Assembly (NCBI GenBank): GCA_965279525.1
Contig: CBDIIB010000004.1
Coordinates: 736,001 to 800,000 of the forward strand
Direction of reading: 5' to 3'
DNA length: 64,000 nt
Source: Tagaea sp.
Lineage (GTDB): Bacteria; Pseudomonadota; Alphaproteobacteria; CACIAM-22H2
The position numbers and the translations under genes were made by a program. Below the pieces are notes generated by a model that saw only the letters and a program-made list of their open reading frames with translations, had not been told where the DNA came from and ran no database searches. Shown one piece after another: positions 40,224 through 50,329 of the stretch. Position 1 is the first letter of the stretch. Each line of letters starts with the position of its first letter.

Positions 40224-40247
40224 CGCTATATTCATCCGGATATAACG
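40224..40247. promoter_or_regulatory. ModE-box upstream of moaA
   Basis: CGCTATAT-N8-ATATAACG matches the molybdate-responsive ModE consensus, about 30 nt before moaA. Confidence 0.75.
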
Positions 40248-40279
40248 CCGACGACCCAGCAGGAAACGCCAGGTCACGC

Positions 40280-41308
40280 ATGGACGGAAATACCACCCCG
40301 AATGCCGACACCCCGCTGATCGATCCGTTCGCACGGGCGATCTCGTATCTGCGCGTGTCGGTGACAGACCGCTGCGACTTCCGCTGCGTCTATTGCATGT
40401 CCGAGGACATGACGTTCCTGCCCAAGGCGGACATCCTGAGCCTCGAGGAACTCGACCGGCTCTGCTCGGCCTTCGTGCGTCTCGGCGTGCGCAAGCTGCG
40501 CCTCACCGGCGGCGAGCCGCTCGTGCGGCGCAACGTGATGAGCCTGATCCGCAACCTCGGTCGTCACACAAGCAGCGGCGCGCTCGACGAGTTGACGCTG
40601 ACGACCAACGGCTCCCAGCTCGTCAAGTTCGCCGACGAGCTCGTCGATGCCGGCGTGCGCCGCATCAACGTGTCGCTCGACACGCTCGACAGCGCCAGGT
40701 TCACGGCTCTCACCCGCTGGGGGAAGCTCGATCAGGTTCTTGAAGGCCTGCAGGCCGCGAAACGCGCGGGCCTCGCGGTCAAGATCAACGTGGTGGCGCT
40801 CAAAGGCATGAACGACGACGAGTTCGACCGGCTCGTCGCATGGAGCGGCGAGCAGGGTTTCGATCTCGTCTTCATCGAGGTCATGCCGATGGGCGACATC
40901 GGCGGCGAGGCACGCCTCGACCAGTATCTGCCGCTGTCGCTCGTGCGCGCCGGACTGGCGAAGAGCTGGACCCTCGACGAGACGGATTATCGTACCGGCG
41001 GACCGGCGCGGTATTTCACGGTCCGCGAGACCGGGCGACGGCTGGGCTTCATCACGCCGCTTACGCATAATTTCTGCGAAAGCTGCAATCGCGTGCGACT
41101 TACCTGCACGGGCACGCTCTATATGTGCCTGGGCCAGGACGACGCGGCCGACCTGCGTGCCTCTTTGCGCGCCACTGCCGACGACGGGATGCTCGACAAG
41201 GCGATCCGTGCGGCGATCGCGCGCAAGCCCAAAGGACACGATTTCGTCATCGACCGCCGGCATACCGGCCCGGCCGTGCAGCGGCACATGTCCGTGACCG
41301 GCGGCTGA
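40280..41308 (+). CDS. moaA: GTP 3',8-cyclase
   Basis: radical [26 protein letters not shown] and C-terminal GG. Confidence 0.97.
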   Translation: MDGNTTPNADTPLIDPFARAISYLRVSVTDRCDFRCVYCMSEDMTFLPKADILSLEELDRLCSAFVRLGVRKLRLTGGEPLVRRNVMSLIRNLGRHTSSGALDELTLTTNGSQLVKFADELVDAGVRRINVSLDTLDSARFTALTRWGKLDQVLEGLQAAKRAGLAVKINVVALKGMNDDEFDRLVAWSGEQGFDLVFIEVMPMGDIGGEARLDQYLPLSLVRAGLAKSWTLDETDYRTGGPARYFTVRETGRRLGFITPLTHNFCESCNRVRLTCTGTLYMCLGQDDAADLRASLRATADDGMLDKAIRAAIARKPKGHDFVIDRRHTGPAVQRHMSVTGG

Positions 41309-41373
41309 TCCCGGACGGGCCAGCGATTGGAACTGGCCCCGCCCCCCCTCCGCGTCGTATGAGTCGGCCGGTC

Positions 41374-42147
41374 ATGGCCGAACCCAATCCCAAGCTCGCC
41401 TTCGTCGCCGCCGACACGCCCCAGGCGAAGGCGGCCCTTGCGACCCTGCGCAGGCGCTACGCGCACGTTCCGCCTGCCCGCGCGGATATCGTCGTGGCAC
41501 TCGGCGGCGACGGATTCGTCCTGCAGACGCTGCATGCCAATATTGATCGCGGCGTGCCCGTCTTCGGCATGCATCGCGGATCGGTCGGTTTCCTCATGAA
41601 CGGGTTCAGCCTCGCTGGCCTGCACGCGCGTCTCAAGAACACGCAGCGCGTCACGCTCCATCCGCTGCGCATGACGGCCTGGCGCAAGAACGGGCGCAAG
41701 GAAGTGGCGCTCGCCATCAACGAGGTCAGCCTGCTGCGCCAGATGCGCCAGGCGGCGAAGATCCGCATCCTGATCGACGGCGTCGTCCGGATGGAAGAGC
41801 TGATCGCCGACGGCGTGCTGCTGTCCACGCCCGCAGGCTCGACGGCTTACAATCTTTCGGCACACGGCCCGATCGTCCCGATGGGTGCCGAACTGCTGGC
41901 GCTGACCCCGATCACCGCATTCCGGCCCCGGCGCTGGCGCGGGGCACTGCTGCCGTCGATCGCCAAGGTGGGTTTCGAGATCCTCGAATCCGAAAAGCGG
42001 CCGGTCAGCGCCACCGCCGACCACACCGAAATCCGCGATGTCGTCCGCGTCGAGGTCGCCGAAGACCGCACGAAGCGCCTCACGCTTCTGTTCGACCCGG
42101 AGCACAATTTCGAAGAGCGCGTCCTCAAGGAACAGTTCGCTCCTTGA
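41374..42147 (+). CDS. nadK: NAD kinase
   Basis: [17 protein letters not shown] and [16 protein letters not shown]. Confidence 0.95.
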   Translation: MAEPNPKLAFVAADTPQAKAALATLRRRYAHVPPARADIVVALGGDGFVLQTLHANIDRGVPVFGMHRGSVGFLMNGFSLAGLHARLKNTQRVTLHPLRMTAWRKNGRKEVALAINEVSLLRQMRQAAKIRILIDGVVRMEELIADGVLLSTPAGSTAYNLSAHGPIVPMGAELLALTPITAFRPRRWRGALLPSIAKVGFEILESEKRPVSATADHTEIRDVVRVEVAEDRTKRLTLLFDPEHNFEERVLKEQFAP

Positions 42148-42154
42148 CGGGGTG

Positions 42155-42940
42155 CTAGCCGCGCCCGCCGATCATCCGGAGGGCTGCCTTGCGCAGCTTG
42201 GGATCGATCGGCGGCGGCCGCGTGTCGATGCCCTTGCCGAGAACCGCCAGCACATGGTCGAGCGCATCGATGCGCGCGCGCCATTTGCTGTCCGCGTGGA
42301 TCGCCTTCCAGGGCGCGCCGGTCCACGACGTGCGGGCGAGCATGTCGTCGATCGCGCGGCGGTAATCGTCGCTTTTCAGATGCGCGTCGATGTCGGCCTG
42401 CGTGAGCTTCCATTGCTTCGTCGGATCGCCGAGACGTTCGGCGAAGCGCTCGAGCTGGGTCTTCGGCGTGATATGCAGGAAGACCTTCGCGATCCGCACT
42501 CCGTCGTCCGCCAGCATCCGCTCGAACTCGACGATCTCGCGATACGCCCGTTTCCAGTCCGCTGGCGGACAGAGCCTGTCGACCCGCTCGACCAGCACGC
42601 GCCCGTACCAGGAACGGTCGAAAATCGCGAGCGTGCCGGGTGCCGGCAGGCGCTGCCAGAACCGGTAGAGATAGTGCCGTCCCTGCTCGTCCGGGGTCGG
42701 CGGACCGATCGGCCAGACATGGACGCCACGCGGATCGAGCTTTTCGGTGAGGCGGCGGATGGCGCCGCCCTTTCCGGCCGCGTCGACTCCTTCGAACACG
42801 ATCACGCCGCGCCGTTTCTGGTGCCAGTATGTCTGCTGCAGCGCCAGCATCGCCCGCTGGCGCTTTTCGAGGGCCGCCTCATAGGCGTCCTTGTCGGCAA
42901 ATCGTCGGCCCGGCTTCAGACCCGATACACGTACCGTCAC
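42155..42940 (-). CDS. ppk2: polyphosphate kinase 2 family protein (single domain)
   Basis: EGVDAAGKGG Walker A and FDRSWYGRVLVERV; GTG start overlaps the upstream TGA. Confidence 0.92.
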   Translation of the reverse strand: MTVRVSGLKPGRRFADKDAYEAALEKRQRAMLALQQTYWHQKRRGVIVFEGVDAAGKGGAIRRLTEKLDPRGVHVWPIGPPTPDEQGRHYLYRFWQRLPAPGTLAIFDRSWYGRVLVERVDRLCPPADWKRAYREIVEFERMLADDGVRIAKVFLHITPKTQLERFAERLGDPTKQWKLTQADIDAHLKSDDYRRAIDDMLARTSWTGAPWKAIHADSKWRARIDALDHVLAVLGKGIDTRPPPIDPKLRKAALRMIGGRG

Positions 42941-43935
42941 GACGCGTCGTTCAGGTGGCACGACGACCGGCGGCCGGGCGCGATCTCGCGCAGGACGGGC
43001 GCTTCGACCTTGCAGCGCGCCATGGCCTGCGGGCAGCGCGGATGGAAATGGCAGCCCGGCGGCGGATTGAGCGGCGACGGGATCTCGCCCTTGACCGGGG
43101 CGAACACGCGCTTGCGCGTGTCGAGGCGCGGGATCTCGCCGAGCAGGGCGATCGTGTAAGGGTGATTGGGCTTCGCGAAGAGTTCGTCGGTCGTGCCTTC
43201 CTCGACGACGCGCCCCAGATACATGATGACGACGCGATCGGAGAGATGGCGCACCACGCCCAGATCGTGGCTGATGAACAGGTAGGTGAGGTTCAGTTCC
43301 TGCCGCAGCTGGATGAACAGGTTCAGGATCTGCGCCTGGATCGACACGTCGAGGGCCGCGACCGATTCGTCGCACACGACGAACTCCGGCTTCACCGCGA
43401 GCGCCCGTGCGATCCCGATGCGCTGGCGCTGGCCGCCGGAGAACTGGTGCGGATAGCGCCGCTTGTAGCCCGGGTCGAGGCCGACCCGACGCATCGTCTC
43501 GTCGATATAACCGTCGGCGCCTGCGGAATCGGTCAGGCCATGATAGAGCGGCGCCTCGCCGACGATATCGGCCACGCGCATGCGCGGGTTGAGGGAGGCG
43601 AACGGATCCTGGAAGATCATCTGCACGGCAAGTGCGGCACGGATGCGTTCGCGGTCGGGCAGATCGGCAAGCCTGCGCCCGCGATAGAGCATGTCGCCTT
43701 CGCTTTGCGGCAGGATGCCCGCGACGATGCGCCCGAGCGTGGACTTCCCGCAGCCGCTCTCGCCGACGAGGCCGACGACCTCGCCCTCCTTCACGACAAG
43801 ATCGACCTTGTCGACCGCGTGGACGATCTCCTCGCGCACGTTTGCGCCGAACTTCGCGGCAAGACGTGCAGCGACATCGAGGCCTTTGACGAAGCGCCTC
43901 GAAACACCCTTCAGCTCGATGATCGGGGCTGCCAT
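42937..43935 (-). CDS. peptide ABC transporter ATP-binding protein (DppF/OppF-like)
   Basis: GESGCGKST, FSGGQRQR and C-terminal HPYT..CHFHPRC. Confidence 0.94.
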   Translation of the reverse strand: MAAPIIELKGVSRRFVKGLDVAARLAAKFGANVREEIVHAVDKVDLVVKEGEVVGLVGESGCGKSTLGRIVAGILPQSEGDMLYRGRRLADLPDRERIRAALAVQMIFQDPFASLNPRMRVADIVGEAPLYHGLTDSAGADGYIDETMRRVGLDPGYKRRYPHQFSGGQRQRIGIARALAVKPEFVVCDESVAALDVSIQAQILNLFIQLRQELNLTYLFISHDLGVVRHLSDRVVIMYLGRVVEEGTTDELFAKPNHPYTIALLGEIPRLDTRKRVFAPVKGEIPSPLNPPPGCHFHPRCPQAMARCKVEAPVLREIAPGRRSSCHLNDAS

Positions 43936-44906
43936 CAGGAAAGCTCCGTCAGGGGATGGACGCAGCGGACCTGCCGTTTCCGGCCGACCGGCGGCGGCGT
44001 GTCGTTGGCGCACGCCGCATCGGCATGGGTGCACCGCATGCGGAACGAACAGCCCGAAGGAAGGTTCAGCATCGAGGGCATGACACCGGGGATCTGCACC
44101 AGCGGCTTGCCCTTCTCGTTGCGGCTGGGCACCGAACCGATCAGGCCCGCCGTGTAGGGATGTGCCGGCCGGTCGAGCACTTCGTCGACCGAGCCACGCT
44201 CGACGATGCGTCCGGCATACATCACGCAAATCTCGTCGGCGAGCGAGGCGACGACGGAAAGGTCGTGCGTGATCCAGATGAGGGCCGTGCGCGTCTCGCG
44301 CGCGAGCTTCTGCACCTCGTAGAGGATCTGGCCCTGGATCGTCACGTCGAGCGCCGTCGTCGGCTCGTCGGCGACAATGAGGTCGGGCTTGTTAAGCAAC
44401 GCGATCGCGATCGCCACGCGCTGGCGCATGCCGCCGGAAAACTGGTGCGGATAGGCGGCAAGTCGCTCTTCCGGGCTGGGGATGCCGACCTGGCCGAGCG
44501 CGTCGCGGGCACGTGTCCAGGCGGTCTTGCGGTCGACGTCGCCATGCGCCTGCACGGCCTCGATCATCTGCGTCTCGACCTTGAGGACGGGGTTGAGCGT
44601 CATCATCGGGTCCTGGAAGATCATCGCGATGCGGTTGCCGCGCAGCTTGCGGATCTCGTCCTCCGGCATGCCGACGATGTCGTGGCCCTGGAACCGGACC
44701 TTGCCCCCGACGATGCGCCCCGGCGGATCGACGAGCCCCATGATCGAAAATCCGGTCACCGACTTGCCGGACCCGGACTCCCCCACCAGACCGAGAATCT
44801 TGCCCTGTTCGACCGAGAACGAAACGTCGTTGACGGCTTTCAGCACGCCGGCCTTCGTGAAGAAGTGGGTCTCGAGATTCTCGACCGAGAGCGTGGGCGC
44901 CGTCAT
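43935..44906 (-). CDS. peptide ABC transporter ATP-binding protein (DppD/OppD-like)
   Basis: [16 protein letters not shown] and DEPTTALD. Confidence 0.94.
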   Translation of the reverse strand: MTAPTLSVENLETHFFTKAGVLKAVNDVSFSVEQGKILGLVGESGSGKSVTGFSIMGLVDPPGRIVGGKVRFQGHDIVGMPEDEIRKLRGNRIAMIFQDPMMTLNPVLKVETQMIEAVQAHGDVDRKTAWTRARDALGQVGIPSPEERLAAYPHQFSGGMRQRVAIAIALLNKPDLIVADEPTTALDVTIQGQILYEVQKLARETRTALIWITHDLSVVASLADEICVMYAGRIVERGSVDEVLDRPAHPYTAGLIGSVPSRNEKGKPLVQIPGVMPSMLNLPSGCSFRMRCTHADAACANDTPPPVGRKRQVRCVHPLTELS

Positions 44907-45823
44907 TTCTGGAGCCGCGGGTTGAGCACGTCGCGCAGGTGATCGCCGACGAGATTGATCGACACGATGGTGACCAGCAGGGCAAGGCCGGGGAAGAAGC
45001 TTATCCAGTAGACGCCCGACAGGATGTACTCGAAACCGTTGGCGATGAGCAGGCCGAGCGAAGGCTCGGTGATCGGCAGACCGACGCCGAGGAACGAAAG
45101 CGTCGCCTCGAGTGCGATCGAATTGGCGATCTGGATCGTGCCGACCACGATCAGCGGCGGCAGGCAGTTGGGCAGGATATGGCGGAACAGGATGCGGCTC
45201 TTGGGCAAGGCGAGGCACTGCGCGGCCTCCACATACTCCTTGCGCCGCTCGACCATCGCAGCCGCCCGAACGCATCGCGCATAATAGGCATACTGGATCA
45301 CGACGAGGGCGAGGATGATCTTGCCCACCCCCTGCCCCAGCACCGCCAGCAGCACCAATGCGATCAGGATCGCCGGGAACGACAGCTTGATGTCGACCAT
45401 CCGCATGAGAATCGTATCGAGACGACCGCCATAGTAGGCCGCGAAAAGGCCAACCGAGGTCCCGACAAAGGCAGCGATCAGGCCCGAAGTGACCGCGACG
45501 AGGAACGATGTGCGCAGCCCGTAGAGGATGGCCGATACCATGTCGCGGCCCTGGCTGTCGGAACCCAGCCAAAAGGCGAGTCCGTGCATGCTGACGGAGC
45601 CCGGCGGCATCTTGCCGTCCATGATGTCGAGTTGGCGCAGGTCGTAGGGGTTCTGCGGGCTGATGAACGCGCACAGCATAGCGGCCACGAAGATCACGGC
45701 GAATACACCGAGTGCGCCCAGCGCCATGCGGCTTTCACTGAAGTCGGCGACGAACCGCCTGAACGGGGTCTCGACCCTGGCGCCGCCTTCGGTCGACGGC
45801 GCGGATGCAGCGGGGCCGCTCAT
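44903..45823 (-). CDS. peptide ABC transporter permease (DppC-like)
   Basis: LGSDSQGRD, EYVEAA..L, RHILPN and EATLSFLG. Confidence 0.94.
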   Translation of the reverse strand: MSGPAASAPSTEGGARVETPFRRFVADFSESRMALGALGVFAVIFVAAMLCAFISPQNPYDLRQLDIMDGKMPPGSVSMHGLAFWLGSDSQGRDMVSAILYGLRTSFLVAVTSGLIAAFVGTSVGLFAAYYGGRLDTILMRMVDIKLSFPAILIALVLLAVLGQGVGKIILALVVIQYAYYARCVRAAAMVERRKEYVEAAQCLALPKSRILFRHILPNCLPPLIVVGTIQIANSIALEATLSFLGVGLPITEPSLGLLIANGFEYILSGVYWISFFPGLALLVTIVSINLVGDHLRDVLNPRLQK

Positions 45824-46800
45824 GATTTGCCTGCGTCCGCGAGGCGCACGCGCGGGTCGAGGACCGAATAGAGGATGTCGACGACGAGGTTGATGAAGAT
45901 GAACATCAGAACCGTGACAAGCAGGTATGCGACGATGACCGGCCTGTCGAGATTGTTGATACTGTCGATGATCAGCTTTCCCATGCCAGGCCACGCGAAG
46001 ATCGTCTCGGTAACCACCGCGAACGCGATGACTTGCCCAATCTCGAGGCCGATCACCGTGACGACAGGGATCATGATGTTCTTCATCACGTGGACGAAGA
46101 CGACGCGCTTCTGCGAGAGGCCCTTGGCGCGCGCGAACTTCACGTAATCCATCGGCATGTTCTCGCGCATGCCCGAACGCGTCAGTCGGATCACCAGCGA
46201 GATGTTGAAAAGCGCCAGGTTGAACGCGGGCAGCAGCAGGTGCGCAAGTCCGTCGAGTGTGAACAGGCTCGATCGGATGCCGAGGAACTGGCCGAGTTCT
46301 CCGCGTCCGGTTGACGGCAACCAGCCGAGTTCGACTGCGAAAATGAGGATCAGCATCAGCCCGACCCAGAAAGTCGGCAGGCTGAAGCCGGCAATCGATG
46401 TCGCCATGATCGTCTTCGAGATGCGGCTTTCCGGTCGGTAGCCGGCGAACATGCCAAGCGGAATGCCGAGCACGATCGAGATCGTCACGGCACACAGTGC
46501 AAGCTCGATCGTCGCCGGCATGCGCTGCAGGATGAGGTCGATCGAGGGGATGTTGAAGACGAAGGAACGCCCGAGATCGCCCGAAAGCGCGTTCGCGACA
46601 AAATAGCCGTATTGTGCCCAGACCGGCTTATCGAGCCCGAGCGCAATGATCGCACGCTCGCGCTCGGCCTGGTCGGCATCGGCCGCGATGAAGATCTCGA
46701 CCGGATCGCCGATCGCATAGACGCCGAAAAACACCAGCAGCGACATGATCAGCAGCACGAATGCGCTCTGCATCAGTCGGCGGATGATGAAGACGGTCAT
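45820..46800 (-). CDS. peptide ABC transporter permease (DppB-like)
   Basis: GDLGRSF, PATIELA, DYVKFARAKGL and ETIFAWPG. Confidence 0.94.
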   Translation of the reverse strand: MTVFIIRRLMQSAFVLLIMSLLVFFGVYAIGDPVEIFIAADADQAERERAIIALGLDKPVWAQYGYFVANALSGDLGRSFVFNIPSIDLILQRMPATIELALCAVTISIVLGIPLGMFAGYRPESRISKTIMATSIAGFSLPTFWVGLMLILIFAVELGWLPSTGRGELGQFLGIRSSLFTLDGLAHLLLPAFNLALFNISLVIRLTRSGMRENMPMDYVKFARAKGLSQKRVVFVHVMKNIMIPVVTVIGLEIGQVIAFAVVTETIFAWPGMGKLIIDSINNLDRPVIVAYLLVTVLMFIFINLVVDILYSVLDPRVRLADAGKS

Positions 46801-46826
46801 GGACGCTGCGTGTTCGGGGTTCGGAA

Positions 46827-46855
46827 ATGGGGACCCGGCAAAACCGGGTCCCCAT
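46827..46855. terminator. intercistronic hairpin after the binding-protein gene
   Basis: 12-bp stem ATGGGGACCCGG/CCGGGTCCCCAT with only a short U-run; typical stabiliser or attenuator after an SBP gene. Confidence 0.65.
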
Positions 46856-46878
46856 CCGTCGTGCGCGTCAGGTCGCGA

Positions 46879-48459
46879 TCAGCGCGGCTTGACGAAGTGG
46901 GCGAGCGTGTACTCGTCGCTGCGCGCCTGGAACGAAACGTTCGAACGCATCGCCCAGAGATTGACCTGATAGTAGAGCGGGATCAGGCCAAGGTCAGTCA
47001 CGGCGAGTTCGGATGCCTCGTACAGCAGCTTCTCGCGTGCGCCCGTGTCGACCGTCTGGAGTGCCTTGGTGAGGATCTCGTCGACCTTCGGGTTCGAGTA
47101 GCGGCCGCGGTTGGATGCCCCGAAGCCGAGATCGCGGTTCGGCGTGGCCAGAAGGGCGCGAAGCGGCGAGGACGTTTCGCCGGTGTCCGACCCCCAGCCG
47201 ACCAGCATCACCGAGAACGCGTAGTTCGGCGCACCAGCCTGGGCGACGTAGGTCGACCAGGGCTGCGGCTGCACGACGGTATCGATGCCCACACGCGTGA
47301 ACATCGGCCCGATCGCCTGGAGAACCTTGTCGTCCTCCGGATAGCGGTCGTTCGGTCCATGGATGGTCAGCTTGAAGCCGTTGGGGAAGCCCGCTTCGCG
47401 CAGCAGTCGCTGGGCAGCGGCTGCATCCAGCGCTTCCGGCTTCAGCTTCGGCGATGCGCCGAAGAATCCGTCCGGCAGCAGGCCGCCGGCCGGAATGGCC
47501 TGACCGTCGAAGATGCGCTCCGCGATCGCCTGACGGTTGATCGCCTTCGAGAGCGCCTGACGCACGCGAAGATCCTTGAGCGGGTTCTTGGCGAGCGGCT
47601 GGCCGGACGCCTTGTCCACCGCGAACGGCGTCACGTCGCGGTTGTGGTCGATGTGAAGATAGATGAGGCGGTTCGACGTGACCTGCTCGAGACGCAGGTT
47701 CGTGTTCTGCTTCAGGCGCGGAATGTCGGCCGTCTGGACCTGGTCGATGATCTGGACGTCGCCGGAAAGCAGGGCTGCCGTGCGCGCCGAGGCGTTGGTC
47801 ACGATGCGCGTCGTCACGCTCGACCAGGACGACTTTTCGCCCCAGTAGGCGTCGTTGCGGTCCATCGCGACCCGGTCGCCGGGCACGAATTCCTTGAACT
47901 TGTAGGGGCCGGTGCCGAGCATCGCGCGGCCGGCATTGAACTCGGCGGTCGGTGCCTCGAAATTCTTGCGGTTCACGATGTTGACCACCGCCATGTCCAG
48001 CGGCAGCAGCGGACGGGGTGCCGGCGTCTTGATGCGCAACGTATGCGCGTCGACGACGGTGACCTCGAGACCGCGGACCATCGCGGTGAAGGACGACGGC
48101 GAGTTCGGGACCCACGGCACGCGCTTGAACGTGGCGAGCACGTCCTGGGCGTCGAAGTCCGAGCCGTCGTGGAACTTGACGCCCTTGCGAAGTTTGAACT
48201 CCCAAGACGTGTCGTCGATCGCACGCCAGGACTCGGCGAGGCCGGGGATCGGGCGCTGCTGGTGGTCGAAATGGACGAGACGGTCGAAGAAGTACTGCGC
48301 GATGTTGTTGTTGGGACCGAGATTATGGAAATGCGGATCCATCGACGTGATGTTGCCGCCGACGGCGATTGTCAGGTTCTGCGCCTGGGCGCCGGGCGCC
48401 ATGCAGGCGATGCCGATCGCGACGAACGCGGTGGCAAGGCGGTAGGAAAGTCGATTCAT
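46879..48459 (-). CDS. peptide/nickel (family 5) ABC substrate-binding protein, copy 1
   Basis: signal peptide, SMDPH, LAESW, FHDGS, GTGPY and VRQALS. Confidence 0.94.
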   Translation of the reverse strand: MNRLSYRLATAFVAIGIACMAPGAQAQNLTIAVGGNITSMDPHFHNLGPNNNIAQYFFDRLVHFDHQQRPIPGLAESWRAIDDTSWEFKLRKGVKFHDGSDFDAQDVLATFKRVPWVPNSPSSFTAMVRGLEVTVVDAHTLRIKTPAPRPLLPLDMAVVNIVNRKNFEAPTAEFNAGRAMLGTGPYKFKEFVPGDRVAMDRNDAYWGEKSSWSSVTTRIVTNASARTAALLSGDVQIIDQVQTADIPRLKQNTNLRLEQVTSNRLIYLHIDHNRDVTPFAVDKASGQPLAKNPLKDLRVRQALSKAINRQAIAERIFDGQAIPAGGLLPDGFFGASPKLKPEALDAAAAQRLLREAGFPNGFKLTIHGPNDRYPEDDKVLQAIGPMFTRVGIDTVVQPQPWSTYVAQAGAPNYAFSVMLVGWGSDTGETSSPLRALLATPNRDLGFGASNRGRYSNPKVDEILTKALQTVDTGAREKLLYEASELAVTDLGLIPLYYQVNLWAMRSNVSFQARSDEYTLAHFVKPR

Positions 48460-48561
48460 CGGTGGGGGCCTCCATGTGATGTCCGATTATAGGACGAGAT
48501 TACGACGTGCCTTGCGGATTGTCCCAACGAATCTGCCGTATGGAACGGACCGCCAGGGCCG

Positions 48562-50163
48562 TCAGTTTGCCGGGCGAACCTGATACGCAAAGGTGTATTC
48601 ATCGGCGCGCGGCGCATACTGGACTGTTTTCCGGTGTGCCCAGAGATTGACCTGGTAGTACAGCGGAATCAGGCCCATGTCGGCGATCGCCGCCTCGGAT
48701 GCCTCCGCCAGCAATTTGGCGCGAGCACCGTCGTTGACCGTCGCAAGGGCGCGGGCAAGCATTTCGTCGAACTGCGGGTTCGAATAGCGGCCGCGGTTGG
48801 AAGCACCCATGCCCCCCTCGCGGTTGACCGTGGCGAGCAGCGAGCGCAACGGGGACGAAACCTCGCCCGTCCCTGCCCCCCAGCCGACGAGCATGATGCT
48901 GAAGGCATAGTTCGGCGCGCTCGACTGCGTGGCATAGCTCGCCCAAGGGCTCGTCACGACGCGGGTGTCGAGGCCCACGCGGCTGAACATCGGGCCGATC
49001 GCCTGAAGGACCTTCTCGTCCTCCGGATAGCGGTCGTTCGGCCCGTGTATCGTCATGGCGAAGCCGTTCGGATAGCCGGCCTCGCCGAGCAGCTTGCGCG
49101 CGGCATCCTGGTCGAACGCGTCAGGCTTCAGCTTCTCGGACGCGCCGAAGAACCCTTCCGGCAGGAGTCCGCCGGCAGGGATCGCCTCGCCGTCGAAGAT
49201 CCGCTGCGTGATGGCTTCGCGGTTGATCGCGCGCGAGAGCGCCTGACGCACGCGACGGTTCTTGAGGGGGTTGTTCGGCAGCACGGCCCCCTGCTTGTCG
49301 GTCACGAACGGCGTCTGGTCGCGGTTCTGGTCGAGTGCCAGATAGATGAGCCGGTTCGAGGTGATCTTCGACAGGGCGACCGCCGGGCTTGCGCGCAGGC
49401 GCGGGACATCAGCCGTCTGGACCTGATCGATGATGTGCACGTCGCCGGCGAGCAGTGCGGCCGTGCGGGCGGAAGCGTTCGTGATGACCCGGATGGTCAC
49501 TTTGCTCCAGTGCGCCTTGCCGCCCCAATAGGCGTCGCTGCGCTGCAGGACGAGCCGGTCGCCGGGCGCGAACTCGACGAAGCGGAACGGCCCCGTGCCG
49601 ATCGCGGCCTTGCCCTGATTGAAATCGCCGGTCGGCGCTTCGACGGCTTTTCGGGAAACGATGTTGACGATCGAAAGATCGTTGGGCAGCAGCGGATAGG
49701 GCTTCGCCGTGCGGAAACGGATCGTGTGGCTGTCGACGACCGTCGTTTCGGCGATGGCGCGCGTCGAGATCGCGAAGGACGACGGCGAATTGGGGACCCA
49801 CGGCACGCGCTTGAGCGTCGCCATGACGTCCTCGGCATCGAACGGGGAGCCGTCGTGGAACTTCACGTTCGCGCGCAGCTTGAATTCCCAGGTCGTGTCG
49901 TCGACCGCCCGCCATTCCGTGGCAAGGCCCGGGATCAGGCGCTGCTGCTCGTCCTGATGCACCAGCCGGTCGAAAATGTGTGTCGCCACGCCGTTGTTCG
50001 GCGCCAGATTGTGGAAATGGGGATCGATCGACGTGATGTTGCCGCCGACACCGATCACGAGATCCTGTGCGTGCGCCCCGTTCGACGGCCCGGTCACGAT
50101 CCCGATGGCCAACAGGGCGCCAAGAAACAACGGGCGGAATTCACCTGCGAATTTCACGAACAT
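48562..50163 (-). CDS. peptide/nickel (family 5) ABC substrate-binding protein, copy 2
   Basis: close paralog of copy 1 (DPHFHNL, KRVPWVPNSPSSF, GPNDRYPED and IPLYYQVNLWA shared). Confidence 0.94.
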   Translation of the reverse strand: MFVKFAGEFRPLFLGALLAIGIVTGPSNGAHAQDLVIGVGGNITSIDPHFHNLAPNNGVATHIFDRLVHQDEQQRLIPGLATEWRAVDDTTWEFKLRANVKFHDGSPFDAEDVMATLKRVPWVPNSPSSFAISTRAIAETTVVDSHTIRFRTAKPYPLLPNDLSIVNIVSRKAVEAPTGDFNQGKAAIGTGPFRFVEFAPGDRLVLQRSDAYWGGKAHWSKVTIRVITNASARTAALLAGDVHIIDQVQTADVPRLRASPAVALSKITSNRLIYLALDQNRDQTPFVTDKQGAVLPNNPLKNRRVRQALSRAINREAITQRIFDGEAIPAGGLLPEGFFGASEKLKPDAFDQDAARKLLGEAGYPNGFAMTIHGPNDRYPEDEKVLQAIGPMFSRVGLDTRVVTSPWASYATQSSAPNYAFSIMLVGWGAGTGEVSSPLRSLLATVNREGGMGASNRGRYSNPQFDEMLARALATVNDGARAKLLAEASEAAIADMGLIPLYYQVNLWAHRKTVQYAPRADEYTFAYQVRPAN

Positions 50164-50329
50164 CCAGAAAATCCCCGATTGCGGCGTCCCGGTCCCGATC
50201 CGGGGCCCTTGATCGCCCCGCCCCCGTTTGCCCGCGGTCAGCAAGCAAACGACGGGCCGGAGCGCCGGACCCTCGTGACGGGGCGGAGGATACAGGATGG
50301 ATCGACGCTGGCAAGCCCGTCCGGGGGCC

